From contig NZ_CP074694.1 of NCBI RefSeq assembly GCF_018398935.1, forward strand, positions 2,640,001 through 2,672,000: a stretch of 32,000 nt of DNA. Direction: 5' to 3'. The notes beneath the pieces were generated by a model that searched no databases, was not told the origin of the DNA, and saw nothing but the letters and a program-made list of their open reading frames with translations. Source of the DNA: Telmatocola sphagniphila. Lineage in GTDB: Bacteria; Planctomycetota; Planctomycetia; Gemmatales; Gemmataceae. The position numbers and the translations under genes were made by a program. Positions 26,385 to 32,000 of this stretch are shown here, one piece after another. How positions within the stretch are numbered: the stretch's first letter is position 1; the number at the start of each line of letters is the position of its first letter.

Positions 26385-26421
26385 AGATTTCTACCCGCTT
26401 GCGGGTGCCGGGTAGAAATCT
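26385..26421 (+). terminator. Hairpin 10 nt downstream of the ccsBA stop (probable terminator)
   Basis: Perfect 13-bp inverted repeat AGATTTCTACCCG (26385-26397) / CGGGTAGAAATCT (26409-26421) with an 11-nt loop. A competing small hairpin ACCCGC-TT-GCGGGT (26393-26406) shares the left arm. The downstream tract TTATCCTCTC is only weakly U-rich. Confidence 0.5.
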
Positions 26422-26515
26422 TATCCTCTCTAATAATCCCCTTGGCGGCCAACCGGAATTATTGCTTCTTCCGGAGGTGTCGCAACGGGAATTCATTCAT
26501 TAGAGAGGCTCTCCC

Positions 26516-27628
26516 ATGTCAACCAAAAAGGTTCGCGTTGCAATCGTAGGCCTGGGCTTCGGGGCGGAATTCATTCCCATTTATCAAGCCCACCCCAATG
26601 CCGAAATGGCCGCCATCTGCCGACGAAATGTCAAGGAACTTAACGCCTGCGGCGACAAATACAAAATCGCCAAGCGGTACACCAGCTACGAAGATCTGCT
26701 GAAAGATCCGGATATCGATGCCATTCACATCAATAGCCCGATTCCCGATCACGCTTCGCAGAGTCTGGCCGCGCTGAAAGCGGGCAAGCATGTCGCCTGT
26801 ACGGTACCGATGGCCACCACGCTGGATGAACTGCACGTCCTGTGCGACGCCCAGCGAAAGAGCGGCAAAGTCTACATGATGATGGAAACCGTCGTCTACG
26901 CTCGCGAATATCTTTTCGTCAAAGAGCTCTACGACAAAGGGGAGTTGGGTCGTCTGCAATTCCTGCGCGGCAGCCATCAGCAGGATATGGATGGCTGGCC
27001 TGATTACTGGCCAGGCCTGCCGCCCATGCACTACGCCACCCACTGCGTCAGTCCCTGCCTCGCCATTCTCGGCAAGCTGGCCGAGAGCGTTGTCTGCCAC
27101 GGCTCGGGTCGGATTCGCGAAGAGCTCATTCCCAAGTACAACAGCCCGTTCGCCCTTGAAACGGCCACCTTCAAGATTCGCGGTAGCGATGTGGTGGCCG
27201 AAGTGACCCGGAGCCTCTTCGATACCGCCCGGCAGTATCGAGAAAGTTTCGATGCCACGGGATCCAAGAAGTCCTTCGAATGGCAGCAGGTCGAAAATGA
27301 AGATCCGGTGATTCATACCCGCGGCCTGCCGGAGCCGGAAATTCCCCAGCGCGTGAAGGTGCCCGATTACGCCCACCTCTTGCCGGAACCGATTCGCAAA
27401 TTCACCATGCCAGCCGCGATTCAGGACGCCGATCACCTGAGCTTCCTGCAAGGGGGTGGCCACGGTGGCAGTCACCCGCACCTGACGCACAATTTCTTGA
27501 TGGCCGTGCTAGGGGAGAAGGTCGCGATGCCCGATGCACCGACTTCCGCCAACTGGACCGCTGTCGGAATTTGTGCCCATATGTCGGCCATGAAGGGCGG
27601 CGAACGCGTCGAGATCCCGAACTTTTAA
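26516..27628 (+). CDS. Gfo/Idh/MocA-family NAD(P)-dependent oxidoreductase
   Basis: 370 aa. The N-terminal Rossmann block is VRVAIVGLGFGAEFIPIYQAHPNAEMAAICRRN, followed by YEDLLKDPDIDAIHINSPIPDHASQSLAALKAGKHVACTVPMA. GAGAGG lies upstream of the ATG. Confidence 0.88.
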   Translation: MSTKKVRVAIVGLGFGAEFIPIYQAHPNAEMAAICRRNVKELNACGDKYKIAKRYTSYEDLLKDPDIDAIHINSPIPDHASQSLAALKAGKHVACTVPMATTLDELHVLCDAQRKSGKVYMMMETVVYAREYLFVKELYDKGELGRLQFLRGSHQQDMDGWPDYWPGLPPMHYATHCVSPCLAILGKLAESVVCHGSGRIREELIPKYNSPFALETATFKIRGSDVVAEVTRSLFDTARQYRESFDATGSKKSFEWQQVENEDPVIHTRGLPEPEIPQRVKVPDYAHLLPEPIRKFTMPAAIQDADHLSFLQGGGHGGSHPHLTHNFLMAVLGEKVAMPDAPTSANWTAVGICAHMSAMKGGERVEIPNF

Positions 27629-27676
27629 TGAAGCGATGCGGTCTTAGATTCCTAGAGGACAAATGAATCCGTCCGT

Positions 27677-27705
27677 CTGGACGGACTCAAATCGTGTGAT
27701 ATACT
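27677..27705 (+). promoter_or_regulatory. Candidate sigma70-type promoter for the cimA leader (extended -10)
   Basis: CTGGAC (27677-27682), a 17-nt spacer, TG at 27697-27698, then TATACT (27700-27705). The predicted transcription start falls at about 27711-27713, essentially on the leader-peptide ATG (leaderless or near-leaderless). The -35 overlaps the palindrome GTCCGTC-TG-GACGGAC (27671-27686). This is pattern matching only. Confidence 0.3.
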
Positions 27706-27711
27706 CAAGTT

Positions 27712-27798
27712 ATGATTCGAATTCAGGCTATTCGCGTTAACGATGTCACCGAGGTACGTATTGTACGCTCCGTAGTCGTTATTATTCACGGCGAATAG
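27712..27798 (+). CDS. Ile/Val-rich attenuator leader peptide (28 aa)
   Basis: Too short for the ORF track. ATG at 27712 to TAG at 27796-27798 encodes MIRIQAIRVNDVTEVRIVRSVVVIIHGE. It has 6 Ile, 7 Val and 0 Leu codons, with five consecutive branched-chain codons (VVVII, 27772-27786) just before the stop. It lies directly upstream of a terminator/antiterminator pair and of cimA. Confidence 0.6.
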   Translation: MIRIQAIRVNDVTEVRIVRSVVVIIHGE

Positions 27799-27841
27799 CT
27801 CCGGGCGGGTCAGAACTTAGACACCCTCAAAGCCCTGGAGC
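27798..27841 (+). promoter_or_regulatory. Candidate antiterminator helix of the cimA attenuator
   Basis: GCUCCGGGC (27798-27806) starts on the last base of the leader stop codon. It can pair with GCCCUGGAGC (27833-27841) over 9 bp (8 Watson-Crick plus 1 G-U). That sequesters the left arm of the terminator stem. Paired by hand, not folded computationally. Confidence 0.45.
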
Positions 27842-27861
27842 CAAACTCCAGGGCTTTTTTT
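27829..27861 (+). terminator. Intrinsic terminator (attenuator) 41 nt upstream of the cimA start
   Basis: 10-bp stem AGCCCUGGAG (27831-27840) / CUCCAGGGCU (27846-27855) with loop CCAAA. An A-run lies on the 5' side, and seven consecutive T residues (27855-27861) lie on the 3' side. Confidence 0.8.
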
Positions 27862-27902
27862 GTTGATTGGAATACGAGAAAAGCGGTTACGAGAAAAGCT
27901 TT

Positions 27903-29480
27903 ATGAAACGCATCGCCATATACGATACCACGCTCCGCGACGGCAGCCAGGGGGAAGGTGTGAACTTCTCCCTGGAAGATAAGCTTCTTCTCACGAAAAA
28001 GCTCGATGAACTGGGGGTCGATTACATCGAAGGGGGCTATCCCCTTTCCAACCCCAAAGATCACGAATACTTCGTGGCGGTTCAGCAACTGCCATTGAAA
28101 CACTCCAAGGTTTGTGCCTTCGGCATGACCCGCCGGAAGAATTCGCCGCCCGAAACAGACACCTGCTTGAAAGCACTCATCGACTCCCAAGCTCCCGTAA
28201 TTTGCATCGTGGGCAAAACCTGGGATATGCAGGTGCAGCAGATTCTTTCGACTTCACTCGAAGAGAATCTGAAAATGATCGAGGACTCCATCGCTTATTG
28301 TCGATCACTCGGCCGGGAAGTGATGTACGACGCCGAGCATTTTTTCGACGGCTATAAAGCGAATCCGGAATATGCTCTGAAAACCCTGAAGGCCGCGGAA
28401 AAAGCGGGAGCCAGTGTGGTGATCCTGTGCGATACCAACGGCGGCACCATGCCCGAGGTGATTTCCGAGCGTGTAACAGCCGTCTGCAAAGAAATCAAGT
28501 GCCAGGTGGGCATTCACTGCCACAACGACTGTGAACTGGCGGTTGCGAACAGCCTGGCCGCGGTACGCGCTGGTGCGTCGCAAGTACAGGGAACTATGAA
28601 TGGCATCGGCGAACGCTGCGGCAACGTGGACCTGGTCAGCGTTATCGCCAACCTGAACCTGAAATACGGCCTGGAAGTTCTTCAACCAGGAAGTCTGGCG
28701 AAACTGACGGAAGCCTCCCGCTATGTCTACGAGATTGCCAATCTCAACCATCGCAACGGCCAGCCATTCGTGGGACAAAGTGCCTTCGCCCACAAAGGGG
28801 GCATGCATACCCATGCGGTCGCTTTAAATCCGGTGAGCTACGAGCACATCGATCCCACTCAGGTGGGGAACGAACGTCGGGTGCTGGTCAGCGAACTGTC
28901 CGGCCGTTCGACCATACTGACGAAAACGCAGAAATACGACCTGCACAATGATAAACCGTTGATGAGCAAGATCTTGAATCAAGTGCAGGATCTGGAAAAC
29001 GACGGCTATGAATTCGAAGCGGCCGAGGCTTCCTTCGACTTGCTGGTGAAGAAAGTGGCCGGGCTATATAAACCCTGGTTCGATCTCATCGCTTACCGCG
29101 TGAACATCGAACATGACAAAAATAACAAACCGATCACCGAGGCCACGGTCAAGATCGGTCTGGCCGATAAAATCCTGCATACGGTGGCGGAAGGCGATGG
29201 CCCGGTGAACGCCTTGGATGGGGCTTTGCGCAAGGCCCTGCTCTCCTCGTTTCCGCAACTGTCGGAACTGCAGTTGGTCGATTACAAAGTACGCGTCGTC
29301 AACAACCGGGCAGGCACGGCGGCCAAGGTGAGAGTGACCATCGAATCGCGCGATCAGGGCGATGTCTGGGGTACCATCGGAGTTTCTGAAAATATCATCG
29401 AAGCCAGCTGGCTGGCGCTAGTCGATTCCATCGAATACAAGTTGTTCAAGGACAAGGAAGCGGGAGCGAAAACGAATTGA
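27903..29480 (+). CDS. cimA: (R)-citramalate synthase (isopropylmalate/citramalate synthase family, CimA type)
   Basis: 525 aa from MKRIAIYDTTLRDGSQGEGVNFSLEDKLLLTKKLDELGVDYIEGGYP. The RDGSQ signature (rather than the RDGEQ of LeuA), the HCHND block (IHCHNDCELAVANSLAAV) and a C-terminal LeuA-dimer-type regulatory domain fit the long CimA clade. The TTG-extended ORF from 27867 is rejected because it would begin only 6 nt past the terminator U-tract and read through the 12-nt tandem repeat. Confidence 0.88.
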   Translation: MKRIAIYDTTLRDGSQGEGVNFSLEDKLLLTKKLDELGVDYIEGGYPLSNPKDHEYFVAVQQLPLKHSKVCAFGMTRRKNSPPETDTCLKALIDSQAPVICIVGKTWDMQVQQILSTSLEENLKMIEDSIAYCRSLGREVMYDAEHFFDGYKANPEYALKTLKAAEKAGASVVILCDTNGGTMPEVISERVTAVCKEIKCQVGIHCHNDCELAVANSLAAVRAGASQVQGTMNGIGERCGNVDLVSVIANLNLKYGLEVLQPGSLAKLTEASRYVYEIANLNHRNGQPFVGQSAFAHKGGMHTHAVALNPVSYEHIDPTQVGNERRVLVSELSGRSTILTKTQKYDLHNDKPLMSKILNQVQDLENDGYEFEAAEASFDLLVKKVAGLYKPWFDLIAYRVNIEHDKNNKPITEATVKIGLADKILHTVAEGDGPVNALDGALRKALLSSFPQLSELQLVDYKVRVVNNRAGTAAKVRVTIESRDQGDVWGTIGVSENIIEASWLALVDSIEYKLFKDKEAGAKTN

Positions 29481-29530
29481 ATGCAAGGCGATGAAACTCC
29501 CTTGCGTTTAATCTCTTCGGAAAAATATAT

Positions 29531-32000
29531 ATGAGCAACGAAATCGCCAAAGCCTACGACACCAAGGAAGCGCAAGGCCGCTGCCTGCAATTCTGGTTGG
29601 AAAAGGGTTACTTTTCTGCCGATCCTAAAAATCCGGCCGAAGCCTATTCCATCGTCATCCCGCCGCCGAACGTCACAGGGGCATTGCACCTCGGGCACGC
29701 TCTGAACAACACCCTGCAGGATATCCTGATCCGCTGGCGGCGGATGCAGGGCCGCAATACCTTGTGGATTCCCGGGACCGATCATGCCGGGATCGCCACG
29801 CAGAGTGTGGTGGAAAAGCGCATTCTGACGGAAGAGAAAAAGAATCGCCACGACCTCGGCCGCGAGGAACTGGTCAAACGCATCTGGCAATGGAAAGAGC
29901 AATACGAAGCCCGCATCACCACCCAGTTGAAGCAACTAGGCTCCAGTGCGGACTGGAATCGGCAGCGCTTTACGCTCGACCCGATCTGCGCCAAGGCCGT
30001 GCGCGAAACCTTCTTCAACATGTTCAAGGACGGCTACATCTACCGCGGCAAACGGTTGGTGAACTGGGATACGCAACTGCAAACCAGCGTGGCCGATGAT
30101 GAAACTTACACTGAGGATACGGCTGGGGGATTTTGGACGTTCCGTTATCCCGTGGTTGGGAGTGAAGAATCGATTCGCTTTTCGACCACGCGACCGGAAA
30201 CCATGCTCGGCGACTCCGCCCTCTGCGTGCACCCCAGCGATGAACGCTACCAGCATCTGATCGGCAAAAGAGTTTCTTTACCGCATAGCCTGGGTAGGAC
30301 GATTCCCATCATCGCCGATGGCTTGCTGGCCGATCCGACGCTGGGTACCGGATGCGTGAAGGTGACACCGGCTCACGATCCGAACGACTATGCTTGCTGG
30401 CAGCGAAATCCGCAGATTGAGATCATCAACATCCTCAATCCGGACGGCACCATAAACGCTAATGGAGGTAATTACGCCGGGCAGGATCGTTTCAAGGTTC
30501 GCGAAGCGATTGTGAAAGAGATGGAAGAACTCGGGTTTTTTGAAGGCCGGGAAGACCGTACAATTCCTTTGAAATTCAGCGATCGCAGCAAGACGCCGAT
30601 TGAGCCCTATCTCTCCGATCAGTGGTTCGTGAAAATGGCTGATCGCGAGGATGGTAAGCCGGGCCTGGCTCAAATGGCGCTCGATGCCGTGACTTCCGGT
30701 GCGGTAAAATTTTTCCCCGAAAGATACGCCAAGACCTATCTCGACTGGCTGGGGGAAAAACGCGACTGGTGCATCAGCCGGCAGTTATGGTGGGGGCACC
30801 GAATACCTGTATGGACTAAAGTGATTTCATCATCGGATATGAGGTACAAGCTTGAACACGACGAACAATGGTCTGATTTTTTCCTTGCAGGCGAAGCTTC
30901 AGAACATCTTATTGCGGTTCAAACTTCGACTGAAATGTACCACGTGACCGGACATAGAAAATCTCACCAATGTTTTGGGGAAGCAATTCAGACTTCAGAG
31001 AAAGAAGAAGTCACATGGTTTATCGCACCTTCACCTTCACAAAGTGACAACCCTAACTTCGTGTCTTGGCTGAATTCGCATGGATTTACGCAAGATTCTG
31101 ACGTCCTCGACACTTGGTTCTCCTCCGCGTTGTGGCCGCATTCGACTCTCGGCTGGCCGGAAGAGACACCCGAGTTCAAAAAGTATTACCCAACCAGCAC
31201 CCTGGTGACTAGCCGCGACATCATCACTTTGTGGGTGGCCCGCATGGTGCTGACCGGCCTCTACAACACCGGCAAAATTCCGTTCCGACATGTTTACGTT
31301 CACCCGAAGATGCTGGATGGATTTGGCGAAACCATGTCCAAATCCAAGGGCAACGGGGTGGATCCGCTCGATATCATCGATATTTACGGCACGGATGCTT
31401 TGCGTTTTGGAATGGCAAGCTTGGCGACCGAAACCCAGGATAGCCGATTACCAGTCAGCAACATCTGCCCTAACTGCGGTACTTCGGTTCCGGTCAAGCA
31501 AGAGCACATGTACATGCGGACGAAGAAGCTGAATTGCCCTTCGTGCAAACAGCCATTCCGTCCGGGGGGTCCCTGGCCCGATGAAGACAAGGAATTGAAG
31601 ACGGCCAAGCAAGGCGCAGAACGCTTCGAACTGGGTCGAAACTTCGCCAACAAGATGTGGAACGCCGCTCGATTCATTTTGATGAATATCGAGCCGGGCT
31701 TTGTGCCTCAAAAACTCGATTACGCAAAGCTCCCGATTGAAGACAAATGGATTCTCAGTCGCTTATCCACGACCTCGCGAGAAATTACCGAACATCTCGA
31801 AAGCTACCGATTCAGCGATGTCGCCAAGCAGATTTACGAATTCACCTGGTCGGAATTCTGCGACTGGTACATCGAAATGGCCAAGGGTCGCACGAAAGGC
31901 GACTCCGCAGAGAGCGTTCAATCGGTACTGGTCGGTGTGCTCGATGGGATTCTGAAACTGGTACATCCCGTGATGCCCTTTGTGGCCGAGAGCATCTGGC
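29531..32000 (+). CDS. valS: Valine--tRNA ligase, N-terminal ~823 codons (3' end beyond the right edge)
   Basis: Absent from the ORF track because there is no stop in the window. ATG at 29531: MSNEIAKAYDTKEAQGRCLQFWLEKGYF...PPPNVTGALHLGHALN (HIGH motif), TRPETMLGD, CVKVTPAHDPND, WCISRQLWWGHRIPVW, DVLDTWFSSALWP, KMSKSKGN (KMSKS motif), RNFANKMWNA. Stop-free to nt 32000. Confidence 0.95.
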   Translation, partial: MSNEIAKAYDTKEAQGRCLQFWLEKGYFSADPKNPAEAYSIVIPPPNVTGALHLGHALNNTLQDILIRWRRMQGRNTLWIPGTDHAGIATQSVVEKRILTEEKKNRHDLGREELVKRIWQWKEQYEARITTQLKQLGSSADWNRQRFTLDPICAKAVRETFFNMFKDGYIYRGKRLVNWDTQLQTSVADDETYTEDTAGGFWTFRYPVVGSEESIRFSTTRPETMLGDSALCVHPSDERYQHLIGKRVSLPHSLGRTIPIIADGLLADPTLGTGCVKVTPAHDPNDYACWQRNPQIEIINILNPDGTINANGGNYAGQDRFKVREAIVKEMEELGFFEGREDRTIPLKFSDRSKTPIEPYLSDQWFVKMADREDGKPGLAQMALDAVTSGAVKFFPERYAKTYLDWLGEKRDWCISRQLWWGHRIPVWTKVISSSDMRYKLEHDEQWSDFFLAGEASEHLIAVQTSTEMYHVTGHRKSHQCFGEAIQTSEKEEVTWFIAPSPSQSDNPNFVSWLNSHGFTQDSDVLDTWFSSALWPHSTLGWPEETPEFKKYYPTSTLVTSRDIITLWVARMVLTGLYNTGKIPFRHVYVHPKMLDGFGETMSKSKGNGVDPLDIIDIYGTDALRFGMASLATETQDSRLPVSNICPNCGTSVPVKQEHMYMRTKKLNCPSCKQPFRPGGPWPDEDKELKTAKQGAERFELGRNFANKMWNAARFILMNIEPGFVPQKLDYAKLPIEDKWILSRLSTTSREITEHLESYRFSDVAKQIYEFTWSEFCDWYIEMAKGRTKGDSAESVQSVLVGVLDGILKLVHPVMPFVAESIW

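Noticed and set aside
26519-27490. 323-aa minus-strand ORF covering most of the Gfo/Idh/MocA gene
   Set aside because: The plus-strand frame has a clear Rossmann N-terminus and family blocks. The antisense product has no motifs and a composition typical of a shadow ORF.
27867-27902. TTG-extended start of cimA. Similar extensions: the 3946-4014 extension of mutS2 and the 10414-10515 extension of the WD40 gene.
   Set aside because: Homologue-like sequence begins at the internal ATGs. The extensions would begin just past the attenuator terminator and read through the UTR repeat (cimA), add a non-conserved basic tail (mutS2), or overlap a divergent start codon (WD40).
30815-31099. The ValRS insertion as an intein or mobile intervening sequence
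   Set aside because: At 95 aa it is too short. It lacks the N-terminal Cys/Ser and the C-terminal His-Asn plus nucleophile junctions, and it has no endonuclease motifs.
1-32000. Search for CRISPR arrays, transposase or integrase genes, long direct or terminal inverted repeats, toxin-antitoxin pairs, or a defence island
   Set aside because: I found none by eye. Apart from the 12-nt tandem at 27873-27899 and the terminator-type hairpins, I saw no repeated units. The gene content is predominantly housekeeping or envelope-related.

Overview
This window looks like ordinary, densely packed core chromosome from a Planctomycetota-type bacterium. That placement is an inference from four things: an H-X9-DG/DUF1559-like protein, an N-terminal LE-x-LE-x-R-x-x-P motif on a secreted protein, a 1402-aa secretin, and sulfatase-like and WD40 proteins. 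I support about 24 protein genes on both strands. I saw no rRNA, tRNA, CRISPR array, transposase, integrase or phage gene, and no convincing defence or mobile island. Recognisable housekeeping genes are nadD, mutS2, rpiB, thiL, lpxK, a fused ccsBA (System II cytochrome c biogenesis), a Gfo/Idh/MocA oxidoreductase, cimA and valS. Two genes cut by the window edges are missing from the ORF track and were found by reading the sequence: an HExxH metalloprotease-like gene (1-619, minus) and valS (29531-32000, plus). The strongest non-obvious signal is in the 274-nt gap upstream of cimA. It holds a 28-codon ORF with 6 Ile and 7 Val codons (including a VVVII run), then a 9-bp antiterminator pairing that competes with a 10-bp GC-rich hairpin plus U7 terminator. 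This is a classical ribosome-mediated attenuator architecture, possibly also controlling valS. Secondary observations: two lineage-unusual insertions in ValRS (one at about 44% GC, one a CxxC...CxxC knuckle); an orphan giant secretin with a repetitive ~830-aa N-terminal extension; a translationally coupled DUF1559-like/GT-C glycosyltransferase pair; a MutS2 without an Smr domain; a degenerate sulfatase-like protein; and an ATPase-less ABC-2 permease coupled to a C45 Ntn-hydrolase. All functional calls rest on motif recognition by eye. No database search or RNA folding was run.
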